NCBI GenBank assembly: GCA_022710715.1
Contig: JAKLGJ010000001.1
Span: 42,041 to 106,040 of the forward strand
Length of the DNA stretch: 64,000 nucleotides
Direction of reading: 5' to 3'
Source: Candidatus Omnitrophota bacterium
GTDB lineage: Bacteria; Omnitrophota; Gorgyraeia; Gygaellales; Profunditerraquicolaceae
Shown here: one piece after another, positions 9,600-17,928 of the stretch
Layout: each line of letters starts with the position of its first letter
How positions within the stretch are numbered: the first letter of the stretch is position 1
Notes under the pieces: generated by a model
Told to the model about the DNA's origin: nothing
What the model saw: the letters and a program-made list of their open reading frames with translations, nothing else
The model's database searches: none
Made by a program: the position numbers and the translations under genes

Positions 9600-11620
9600 A
9601 TATACTGTATCTGACGGATACCGGGGATATTGTCGGCGGAGGAGAGATCAGTCTCTTGAACCTGCTCGAGCGCATTGACCGTTCGCGCTTCTCTCCGTTT
9701 CTGGCTGTTCCGTTCAAAGGCGAATTGACCGCCCAGGCGGAGTTCATGCATGTGCCGGTGAGCGTCATTCCGGTACGGAAAGTTTCCAATCCGCTGTACG
9801 GCCTGCAAACGTTCTACGCGCTTTTTCGCCTGACCCGCATCCTTAAACAAAAAGAGATTCATCTGATCCATACCAATTCCACCGGAGGGATCGTCGCGCT
9901 GGCCGGTATCGCTGCCCGCCTGGCCGGAATTCCTTTTGTTTCGCATGTCCGGATCATGGATAGCGGTAAAGTTTCGGATATCGCGCAGTCGATCCTTTCC
10001 ACCCGGGTGATCGCGATTTCGCGGGCCTGCCAGGCGCGTTTTCTGGAACTGCCCTGGCGCGGGAAAGTGGAGATGATCTATAATGCCGTGGATTGCGACC
10101 GGTTCGCCTCGGTTACCAACGGCAGCCAGATCAGGAAAGAGGCGCATTGCGACTCCGGCGAGCCGCTGGTCGGCATGGTCACGTCGTATTATCAGAACAA
10201 AGGGCTGGAGTATTTCATCGCCGCCGTCGGTCAGGTTGCCGCACGGGTTCCCAGAGCGCGGTTTGTCATTATCGGATTGGATAAAGCCAGGCACGGCGGG
10301 TATATCGATCATCTGCGCGGGCTTGCCGCGCGCGCTGGCCTGGGGGAGAAGCTGACCATTGCAGCGCGGAAAAAGGATATGCCGCAGGTAATGGCCGGAT
10401 TGGATGTTTTTGTATTTTCGACGTTGCGCGAATCGTTCGGCAGGGTGGCGGTGGAAGCTATGGCTTCCGGAAAACCGGTAGTGGCTTTTGCTACCGGCGG
10501 CGTCGCCGAGATCGTTGACGATGGACGAACCGGATACCTGGTCGCTCCGCGGGATGTGTCCGGTATGGCGGAGAAGATCGTTTATCTGCTGCAGCATAGA
10601 GAGACGCGCGAAGAGTTCGGTACGCAAGCCGCACTGCGGGCGCGCACCTTATTCGGTATCACCGGGCATGTCCGTAGCGTTCAGGATGTCTACGGGCGGC
10701 TTAAAGCGACGCATATCGTCGGTCCGGAGGAATGCTTTTTATGCGCCGGCACGTTATTCCGCAGGATCAACACCTGTATCATTACGCCTGAAGACGCCAA
10801 GATCAAAGAAAAACAATTGCATCTTGTCCGTTGCAAGCGTTGCGGTCTGGTATTCGTACATCCTTTGCCGGACGTTTTCAGCGAGCATCCCGAAGAGTTA
10901 TACGGCAAGGATTATTTTGAAGCCCAGTATATGCGGTTTTACGGAGAAGCCGCGTCCGGCGGGCTGCAATCCAATGAGCCTTTCGCTTCCCGGTTAGCCC
11001 TGCTCAACGAGTATGTCGTTGCCCGACAGGGCGGCAGGCGACTGCTGGATGTGGGGTGCGCCAACGGAACATTTTTACTGGATGCCCGCAGGCAGGGCTG
11101 GACGGTTACCGGCATCGATTTGTCCGACCAGGCTGTGCAAGCCTGCGCGCAGCAGGGGGTGCCGGTCAAACGGGGAGCGCTGGAAGAATTGTATTTTCCC
11201 GACGCTTCTTTCGATGCCGTGGTCTGCAGCGATAGCCTGGAGCATGTCGTAGACCCGAAGGTTTTTCTGCGGGAAGCCAGGCGCGTGCTTGATACCGACG
11301 GAGTCCTGTATCTGGCCTTGCCGGATTTCAACGGATTGCAGTACCGCCTGCTCCGGCTGATCAATACATTCAACCGCCGGAATTATTTCGTTCTTCCGCA
11401 CCATGTGTTCCATTTTACCCGGCGCAGCCTGCGTCATCTGTTGGAAGAAAGCGGGTTCGAGATCCGCCGGGAGATCTCTTCGGAGTCGGTGATCAGCCAG
11501 AAAGGCTGGGCCCGCTGGGCGATGAAATCGCTGTTTTTTATCGCCCGCCTTTTGAGGATGAAAGACCGGCTGGTCGTTATCGCGGTCAAGGGGAGAAGAA
11601 AGATACATTATGTCCGTTAA
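9596..11620 (+). CDS. Bifunctional fusion: GT4 glycosyltransferase (N) plus Zn-ribbon SAM methyltransferase (C, from about 10720)
   Basis: N-terminal half has the GT4 motif ESFGRVAVEAMASGKPVVAFATGGVAEIV. C-terminal half has CKRCGLVFVHP...LLDVGCANGTFLLD...DAVVCSDSLEHV, paralogous to the methyltransferase at 3845-4873. Confidence 0.75.
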   Translation: MNILYLTDTGDIVGGGEISLLNLLERIDRSRFSPFLAVPFKGELTAQAEFMHVPVSVIPVRKVSNPLYGLQTFYALFRLTRILKQKEIHLIHTNSTGGIVALAGIAARLAGIPFVSHVRIMDSGKVSDIAQSILSTRVIAISRACQARFLELPWRGKVEMIYNAVDCDRFASVTNGSQIRKEAHCDSGEPLVGMVTSYYQNKGLEYFIAAVGQVAARVPRARFVIIGLDKARHGGYIDHLRGLAARAGLGEKLTIAARKKDMPQVMAGLDVFVFSTLRESFGRVAVEAMASGKPVVAFATGGVAEIVDDGRTGYLVAPRDVSGMAEKIVYLLQHRETREEFGTQAALRARTLFGITGHVRSVQDVYGRLKATHIVGPEECFLCAGTLFRRINTCIITPEDAKIKEKQLHLVRCKRCGLVFVHPLPDVFSEHPEELYGKDYFEAQYMRFYGEAASGGLQSNEPFASRLALLNEYVVARQGGRRLLDVGCANGTFLLDARRQGWTVTGIDLSDQAVQACAQQGVPVKRGALEELYFPDASFDAVVCSDSLEHVVDPKVFLREARRVLDTDGVLYLALPDFNGLQYRLLRLINTFNRRNYFVLPHHVFHFTRRSLRHLLEESGFEIRREISSESVISQKGWARWAMKSLFFIARLLRMKDRLVVIAVKGRRKIHYVR

Positions 11621-12464
11621 GGTAGCCGCAGTGATCGTTACGTACAATAATGCCGCCGGGATAGAGCGGCTCCTGTCCGATCTTCACGGTCAGTCCCTGC
11701 GTCCGGATACGGTCTGGGTGATCGATAACGCGCGCGACGATGCCACGGCCCGGGTTATCGCTCAAAGTCCGCAGAAGGTCGAATACGTGCGTTTGCCGGA
11801 GAATTCCGGCAGCGCCGGCGGGTATGCCGAAGGATTGAGCCGTGCTCAAGCCGGCCATGACCTGATCTGGCTGCTTGACGATGACGTAGCTTTGAAGCCG
11901 GATAGCCTGGAGGCGCTGGTGCAGGCATATGTACAGCTCCAGAGCCGGATTGCGCCGGTCGCAGTGCGCAGCTGGTGCACGCAAGAGTGTCCTTTTCCCG
12001 CGGCTCGCGAAACGTCCAGTTTTGCCTGGCGCGGCACGATGATCCCGGCGGGTACCGTCGGGCAGGTGGGATTGCCCAGAAGAGACTATTTTCTCTATGC
12101 CGATGACGCAGAGTATGCTTTACGCATGCGCAAAGCCGGCTACAGGATATTCTGGATACCGCAGAGCCGGGTGATCGAACAGCGTCATGAGGATAAAACC
12201 CGCGTGCGCCTGGGGCGTATGGATGTTCAATTGTATCGCAGCCCGGCGAGATTATATTACGCTTTTCGCAACCAGCTGCATCTGGCGATCAGTCACCGGC
12301 AGCGGTGGTTGCTGGTTCGTACCCTCGGCTATGCTTTGAAACTGCTCGTTTTTTTGTCAGCGCGCGGCAGACTGACCGGGCCGTTGCGCCGGGCAGTATG
12401 GCTGGGGTTATGCGACGGTTGGGCGTCGAGACTGGGAAAACATCCGGAGTACGGGAATTTATGA
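11610..12464 (+). CDS. Glycosyltransferase family 2
   Basis: VAAVIVTYNNAAGIERLL...WVIDNARDDAT...WLLDDDVAL. Confidence 0.75.
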   Translation: MSVKVAAVIVTYNNAAGIERLLSDLHGQSLRPDTVWVIDNARDDATARVIAQSPQKVEYVRLPENSGSAGGYAEGLSRAQAGHDLIWLLDDDVALKPDSLEALVQAYVQLQSRIAPVAVRSWCTQECPFPAARETSSFAWRGTMIPAGTVGQVGLPRRDYFLYADDAEYALRMRKAGYRIFWIPQSRVIEQRHEDKTRVRLGRMDVQLYRSPARLYYAFRNQLHLAISHRQRWLLVRTLGYALKLLVFLSARGRLTGPLRRAVWLGLCDGWASRLGKHPEYGNL

Positions 12465-13534
12465 AGTTCAAACGCGTTTTACTGGAGTTGTATTACGGAT
12501 TGCGCTGGCTGCTCTTGTGGCCGCTGGTTTTGTTCGTGCGACCCAGGCCGCGCTCCGGCGCGCAGCACTGCCGGATACTGCTTATCCGGCCTGACCGGCT
12601 GGGAGATCTGGTGATGACGTTGCCGTTGATCATGAATCTTGACCAGGCCTACCCGCAGGCCCGGATCGATATCCTGGTTCGGCCGTATCTGGCAGGGATT
12701 GCCGGCACGATCCCGGGGATTGATGCGGTTCTGGAGTATACCGGAGCAAAGGCCGCGGTAAGAGAGATCCGGCAACGGTCATACGATATGGTCTTTGATC
12801 TGGTTTATGATTATACCCTGGAAAGCGGTCTTCTGGCGTTGTTCAGCCGGGCGCCGGTGCGGGTAGGATTCGCTTACGGCAGACGCGGTTGTCTTTTCAG
12901 CCATCCGGTGCATGTTCCGGAAAAGATGCGCGGGATGTCCGCTATTCTTCTGGAGCAGTTAAGAGCCGCAGGCGTGGCAGTGGGCGTGCGGCGGCCGATG
13001 CTGCGGGTACAATCCAAGTTCGACGGGACCGCGGATGTGATCGCGCTGCACCCCGGGGGTTTTTTCCCTTCGCAGCGCTGGCCGGCAGAGCAGTTCGCGG
13101 GACTGGGGAAATCGCTCTTAGCCCATTATCCGCAGGTTAAACTTTTAGTCATCGGCGGTCCTGCTCCCGCGGATAAACAGGCGGTCGATCTGATCGTCGC
13201 GGGACTGGCCAGCAGCCGGGTGCAGCCGGTTTTCCCGGAACTGGAGCAGCTGGCCGGGGTTTTGTCGGGATGCAAGATGCTTGTCTGTAATAATTCCGGT
13301 CCATTGCATCTGGCTGCGGCGGTGGGCATCCCTACGGTTTCGACTCTCGGTCCGACGGATGCGCGGCTGTGGTTCCCCGCAGGCGAGCACCAGCGGGTAG
13401 TGACCAGGAGTCTGCCCTGCAGTCCCTGTGCGCGACGGGTCTGCCGGCAGCATGAGTGTCTGGAGCAGATCAGCGTTGAAGAGATGTTCGGATGTATAAA
13501 AGCGGAGTTGAAGAAAATATATGGCCTTACCTGA
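12461..13534 (+). CDS. Glycosyltransferase family 9 (ADP-heptose:LPS heptosyltransferase-like)
   Basis: ILLIRPDRLGDLVMTLPLI...IALHPGGFFPSQRWP...LVCNNSGPLHLAAAVGIPTVSTLGPTD, the GT9 signature. Start chosen at the ATGA overlap (MKFKRV) rather than the ORF-track start 12305. C-terminal Cys cluster CSPCARRVCRQHEC. Confidence 0.75.
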   Translation: MKFKRVLLELYYGLRWLLLWPLVLFVRPRPRSGAQHCRILLIRPDRLGDLVMTLPLIMNLDQAYPQARIDILVRPYLAGIAGTIPGIDAVLEYTGAKAAVREIRQRSYDMVFDLVYDYTLESGLLALFSRAPVRVGFAYGRRGCLFSHPVHVPEKMRGMSAILLEQLRAAGVAVGVRRPMLRVQSKFDGTADVIALHPGGFFPSQRWPAEQFAGLGKSLLAHYPQVKLLVIGGPAPADKQAVDLIVAGLASSRVQPVFPELEQLAGVLSGCKMLVCNNSGPLHLAAAVGIPTVSTLGPTDARLWFPAGEHQRVVTRSLPCSPCARRVCRQHECLEQISVEEMFGCIKAELKKIYGLT

Positions 13535-14564
13535 ATTCCACTCGGTCCTGATCATTAATCTCGGAGGCATGGGAGATCTCTTGCTTTCCATTCCGGCGCT
13601 GCGCGCTTTAAAGCAGCGATATTCCGGCGCACGCTTTGATTTCCTGGTCAGCGACCGGACCCCGGGCTGGTTCGCCGGTTTTGATCTGGCAAACCATCTG
13701 TACGCCTGGCCGGGCAATCTTCTGGCTGCGCCGGCCTTGCTGCGGGAATTGCGCAGGAATCGCTATGATCTGGCGGTGAACATGCGTACCATGGTCAGCG
13801 GGATCAGCAGCTTGAAGATGCGTCTGCTTGCAGCGGGCGTAGCTGCCCGGATGACCTGCGGGCGGGATACCGACGGCAGGGGCGGTTTTTTCGATATCCG
13901 CATCCCTGAAACCAACGCCGGCGGGCAGCATGAAATGCTCTATGATTGCGATACCGCGCGGGCTTTGGGCGCGGAGGTTAAAGACATGCGGGTAGTTTTG
14001 TCGGCGGATCACGCGGCCAGGCTGGCTTTATCCGACGTGCTGGTATCCCGGGGAGGGAATCCCGATCTTGAGTTGATCGTGGTTCATCCCGGCGGTATGC
14101 CTTCGCGCCGCTGGCCGCTGGAGCGCTTTGCCCGGTTGATCGCTTTGCTCCGGGAAAAAGCCGACGCCGCCTGCGCGGTGGCGGTGACCGGGGATAGCAG
14201 GGAAAGGCTTTTGTGCCGGCAGCTGTGCCGCATGGCCGGTCCGGGCGTCAGTGATCTGTCCGGTTTGTTGTCGCCGCCGATGCTTTTTGCTTTAATGGAA
14301 AAAGCCAGGCTGGTCATCACCAATGATACCGGTCCCATGCACGTCGCGGCGATGATGCAGCGTCCGTTGATCGCGCTCTTCGGGCCGGGAGATCTTGTCC
14401 GGTATGACCCGCGGGTCATCCATCCCCGGGCCGTAGTCTTTTTCAAGGGCAGAGAGCTGCCTGTGTGCAACAAGAGGAACTGCCGCGGCAGAGAGTGCCT
14501 GAAGCGTATCGACGTTGACGAAGTGGCGCGGGCGGCCCTGCGGCTGCTGGAGGTAGACCTGTGA
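13521..14564 (+). CDS. Glycosyltransferase family 9 (heptosyltransferase-like), second paralog
   Basis: VLIINLGGMGDLLLSIPALRAL...VVHPGGMPSRRWP...ITNDTGPMHVAAMMQRPLIALFGPGD. C-terminal CNKRNCRGREC. Confidence 0.75.
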   Translation: MALPEFHSVLIINLGGMGDLLLSIPALRALKQRYSGARFDFLVSDRTPGWFAGFDLANHLYAWPGNLLAAPALLRELRRNRYDLAVNMRTMVSGISSLKMRLLAAGVAARMTCGRDTDGRGGFFDIRIPETNAGGQHEMLYDCDTARALGAEVKDMRVVLSADHAARLALSDVLVSRGGNPDLELIVVHPGGMPSRRWPLERFARLIALLREKADAACAVAVTGDSRERLLCRQLCRMAGPGVSDLSGLLSPPMLFALMEKARLVITNDTGPMHVAAMMQRPLIALFGPGDLVRYDPRVIHPRAVVFFKGRELPVCNKRNCRGRECLKRIDVDEVARAALRLLEVDL

Positions 14565-16090
14565 AAAATGCGCATCGGGCGGCATGGATAGCTGTCTGCG
14601 CGCTGCTGATGCTGGCGGTGCTGGTGCGCTGGCAGTTCATTTTTTCTTTTATCTCCGACGGCGATGATGCGGTTTTCGCCCTCATGGCCAGGCATATCTC
14701 TCAGGCCCGGGAATTTCCGCTGTACGTCTGGCAGGCGCATTATTCCGGGACGTTGAGTTTATACCTGGTTGCGGCGTTATTCCGTTTTGCCGGGCCGCAT
14801 GCCTGGGCGTATAATGTAACGGGAGTGTTCCTGTCCCTGTGCTGGGCGGTACTGACGTTGCTGCTGGCGCGCAGATGGTTAGGCCGCAGCGGGTATTGTG
14901 CGGCTTTTGCCCTGACCGCGGTGGCGCCGCTGCAGGTATTGACCCGGTCGCTGATCCTCTGCGGCTGGGCGGAAACGCTGCTTTTAGGGACGGTGATGTG
15001 CATAGTATTGTCGCGCTGGATGCAGCAGCCGGCGCAACGGCATTCCGGATCATACGCCTTGCTCGGGTTGATCTGCGGGATCGGTCAGTGGATCAGTCCC
15101 GGATATACTTTTTTGACCTTGACCGCATTGACCGTAGTGATCTTTACGGATCGCCGGCGATTCGTGCGTCAAGGCGGCATCTGGTTCATCCTGGGAGCGC
15201 TGGCAGGATATCTCCCGGCGCTGGTCTATGCGCTTCAGCATCCCGGCGCTTCGGCTATGCGCATGGCCGGCAGGATCCTTGATCTGGATCGCAGTGTTCT
15301 GGCTGCGGCGCATCCGGGGTTGACGGTGCTGCGCCAGCTCGTCTGGCGTTTGAGCACCGTGCCGGCGTCGTTGCTGCGTATTCCGTCGCTCATCCGGCAA
15401 TTGATGGGGCCGATCAACGCCGCAGTCTTCGGGGTTGCGTTAACGGCTCTGTGCCTGAAGGAGGTGCCGCTTTTTTTGAAAGAGCGGAAAATCACCGCCG
15501 GGATGGTCGTGATCATCGCCGCCGTTTGGTTTGTGCTGGTATATGTTTTCCTGGTGGGAGAAGCGGCCGCCCGGTATATGCATCCGTCGTATATGATATT
15601 TGCCCTGTGCGCGGGATGGGCGATTTCCGTTCTCTGGCAGCGCTGGAAGGCGGTCAGCCTGTTTCTGCTGTTGCTGCTGATCACTGCCAATATGTATTCC
15701 ATCGCTTATCCGTCCAGAACGGTTGATGCTTCAGCCTGGAAAGAACTGGTGGCCTGGCTGGAGAGCCGGGGATTCGACCGGGGGTACTCGGATTACTGGG
15801 CGGGATATCCGGTGGTTTTTGCCTCGAGAGAAAAGGTGATCATCTCGCCGACGTTGTTCCATCCGGATAACAGCGACAGGTATCCGGACTATACCCGGCA
15901 GGTGCGTTCGGCGCAGGCTGTTTTTCTGCTGGTGGATACCCGGCTCTATCCCCGGGCCAAACAGCAGATAGAAGAACGTTTGCAGGCGTTGAAGATCGCG
16001 TTCGGTTTCTTCCAGATCCGGCGTTTTGCGCTGTTCTATGATTTCTCACAACCGGTGACTCCGCAGTTACTGCAACTTAAAGGGCGTTGA
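14561..16090 (+). CDS. Polytopic membrane protein, PMT_2/GT39-like glycosyltransferase (second copy)
   Basis: GTG start in a GTGA overlap. About 12 TM helices. N-terminal SDGDDAVFALMARHISQ acidic motif and the large membrane topology are typical of the ArnT/PMT family. Confidence 0.55.
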   Translation: MKNAHRAAWIAVCALLMLAVLVRWQFIFSFISDGDDAVFALMARHISQAREFPLYVWQAHYSGTLSLYLVAALFRFAGPHAWAYNVTGVFLSLCWAVLTLLLARRWLGRSGYCAAFALTAVAPLQVLTRSLILCGWAETLLLGTVMCIVLSRWMQQPAQRHSGSYALLGLICGIGQWISPGYTFLTLTALTVVIFTDRRRFVRQGGIWFILGALAGYLPALVYALQHPGASAMRMAGRILDLDRSVLAAAHPGLTVLRQLVWRLSTVPASLLRIPSLIRQLMGPINAAVFGVALTALCLKEVPLFLKERKITAGMVVIIAAVWFVLVYVFLVGEAAARYMHPSYMIFALCAGWAISVLWQRWKAVSLFLLLLLITANMYSIAYPSRTVDASAWKELVAWLESRGFDRGYSDYWAGYPVVFASREKVIISPTLFHPDNSDRYPDYTRQVRSAQAVFLLVDTRLYPRAKQQIEERLQALKIAFGFFQIRRFALFYDFSQPVTPQLLQLKGR

Positions 16091-16093
16091 TCC

Positions 16094-16753
16094 ATGCTTA
16101 AGAAAATCTACTGTTTCCTGCATCGCCGGTTCTCTCCGGCGCAGCAACGCGGCGCTTACTCTGCCGGATACTGGCAGCAGCTGGTGCGTGCCGGGGCGAT
16201 GGAATTGTGCCTGAAGACAGAAGGCCGGTTGCTGGAAGTCGGCTGCGGCGAAGGGTTCCTGCTTGAGCAGCTGGCCCTCCGGCAGCCGCAAAGGGAGTTG
16301 TGGGGGATAGATGTGGACGCAGGCAGGATCGCCCAGGCCGCGCGCAGACTTGCCGCGCACGGGCAGGCGCATTGCGCGCGGGGCAGCGGCGCGCAACTGC
16401 CGTATGCCGACGGTAGTTTCGAAGCAGTGGTTTGCGTAAATGTTTTTTTTAACCTGGCTTCTCTGGCTGATGTGGCGGCGGTGCTCCGGGAGATAAAACG
16501 CGTATGTAAACCGGGAGGACGGATCATATTCGATTTTCGCAATGCCGCCAATCCTTTGCTGCGCCTGAAATACGCCTGGGCCGATTTTTATGACCCCACG
16601 GTCAAAACGCTGCCGCTCAAACCGTATACCGCGCAACAGATGCGCGGGATCGCGCAGGCTGCGGGTCTGGAAATAGCGGCAATGCGCGGTATCGGCGCTG
16701 CAGGTGTGCGCTGGGCCCCGGTTATTCTGGTGGAAGCGAGAAAAGTATGTTGA
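16094..16753 (+). CDS. Class I SAM-dependent methyltransferase
   Basis: LLEVGCGEGFLLEQL (motif I) ... DGSFEAVVCVNVFFNL ... CKPGGRIIF. Confidence 0.75.
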   Translation: MLKKIYCFLHRRFSPAQQRGAYSAGYWQQLVRAGAMELCLKTEGRLLEVGCGEGFLLEQLALRQPQRELWGIDVDAGRIAQAARRLAAHGQAHCARGSGAQLPYADGSFEAVVCVNVFFNLASLADVAAVLREIKRVCKPGGRIIFDFRNAANPLLRLKYAWADFYDPTVKTLPLKPYTAQQMRGIAQAAGLEIAAMRGIGAAGVRWAPVILVEARKVC

Positions 16754-17928
16754 GAACAGTTCCTGTAGTGGCGTTGCCCATCGGCCTCAACGATCTGGTT
16801 TATGGTCTCGGGCATGCTGCTTGCCCCCGGCAGATGCCGCGTTTCGAACTGGCGATGCAGCAGGCGTGCGGCTGCCGGTATGTGTTTACGGCTGATTCCG
16901 GGACCACGTCTTTTTATCTCGGGCTGCTGGCTTTGAAAAAAGTGTCCGGGCGTACCGAAGTGATTCTGCCGGCGTATACTGCGCAGACACTGGTGACTGC
17001 GGTGCTCGCGGCAGGGCTCAAGCCCGTCCTGTGCGACATTACCCTGGATGATTTCAATCCGGATATTCAGTCTTTGTTGTCTTCAGTCACCTCGCGCACC
17101 CTGGCGGTGGTCTGCGTGCACATGTTCGGCATCCCTGTGGCCCGGACCGCGGAACTTAAACAGCAATTGCCGCCGGAGGTTTTTTTGATCGAGGATTGTT
17201 GTCAGGCTCTGGGCAGTCAGATCCAGTCCAAGCCCGCGGGAAGCTGGGGGGATTTGAGTTTTTTCAGTTTTAATCGCGGCAAGAACATCTCGTTATTCGG
17301 CGGCGGGTGCCTGGCTACGAATTCCGACCGGCTGCGTCAATCCGTAGAGCAGATAGTGGCGGCCAACCCGCGCCGTTCCGGCTGGATACAGGAGATGCGC
17401 GTTTTAACCGGCTTGATCGGTCTGGCGGTCGCAGTGCGGCCGCGCATGTACGGTTTGCTTTATCCGCTGCTGTCGCGTTTACGTCAGCAGCCTGCGCCGC
17501 AACGGGTGCGCGTGGGAGCGATGAGCGGGGCGCAGGCAGGTACAGGAGAAGCGTTATTGAGAAAATTGCCGTTCTTCTCCGCGCAACGCCAGTCGCGGGT
17601 GCATGATCTGCTGGCGGGATTAAGTCAGTGTTCCGGCATACGTTTGCCGCGCATACAAACCCGGCTGTTGCCGGCGTGCAACCGGCTGCCGGTGCTTTTC
17701 GAGCAACCCGACCGGAGAGCGGTGGTCATGCGCGCTCTCCTGGCTCAAGGAATAGAGGCATCATTGATGTATCTGCAACCGCTGCACCGGGCGTTCGACC
17801 TGGGGTACAAGGCCGATGCGTTCCCGGCGAGCACGTATGCGGCAGAGCATCTTCTTACCCTCCCGGTGCATCCTCTGGTCAGCGGCGAGGATATGCGCCG
17901 GATGATCGATACGATAAAGGCACGATGA
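16747..17928 (+). CDS. DegT/DnrJ/EryC1/StrS-family PLP-dependent sugar aminotransferase/dehydratase-like
   Basis: FTADSGTTSFYLGLLAL...ILPAYTAQTLVTAVLAAGLKPVLCDI...FFSFNRGKNISLFGGGCLATN, with the conserved Lys in the SF(H/N)xxK context. Confidence 0.6.
   Translation: MLRTVPVVALPIGLNDLVYGLGHAACPRQMPRFELAMQQACGCRYVFTADSGTTSFYLGLLALKKVSGRTEVILPAYTAQTLVTAVLAAGLKPVLCDITLDDFNPDIQSLLSSVTSRTLAVVCVHMFGIPVARTAELKQQLPPEVFLIEDCCQALGSQIQSKPAGSWGDLSFFSFNRGKNISLFGGGCLATNSDRLRQSVEQIVAANPRRSGWIQEMRVLTGLIGLAVAVRPRMYGLLYPLLSRLRQQPAPQRVRVGAMSGAQAGTGEALLRKLPFFSAQRQSRVHDLLAGLSQCSGIRLPRIQTRLLPACNRLPVLFEQPDRRAVVMRALLAQGIEASLMYLQPLHRAFDLGYKADAFPASTYAAEHLLTLPVHPLVSGEDMRRMIDTIKAR

Noticed and set aside
461-10627. Antisense or overlapping ORFs across the glycosyltransferase locus (e.g. 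461-1255-, 1258-2250-, 2968-3963-, 3941-4483-, 6688-7992-, 9545-10627-, and + strand ORFs such as 582-887, 2644-3072, 4291-4932).
   Set aside because: They are typical high-GC spurious ORFs. Each fully overlaps a + strand gene with clear family motifs, has an Arg/Ala/Pro-rich composition, and shows no motifs of its own.
12305-12460. Extended N-termini proposed by the ORF track for several genes (12305 for GT9, 17628 for the rSAM, 18962 for GT4, 6784 for GT4, 47900 TTG for atpC, 58164 for the minor pseudopilin, 58654 for the GspJ-like).
   Set aside because: Each extension overlaps the preceding gene by 100-300 nt and encodes an Arg/Pro-rich junk sequence. Internal starts at ATGA/GTGA overlaps or behind good SDs give canonical family N-termini (e.g. 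MRISHIITRMDWGG for GT4, MKILMIDAGGWGG, and prepilin leaders before GFTL(I/V)E).
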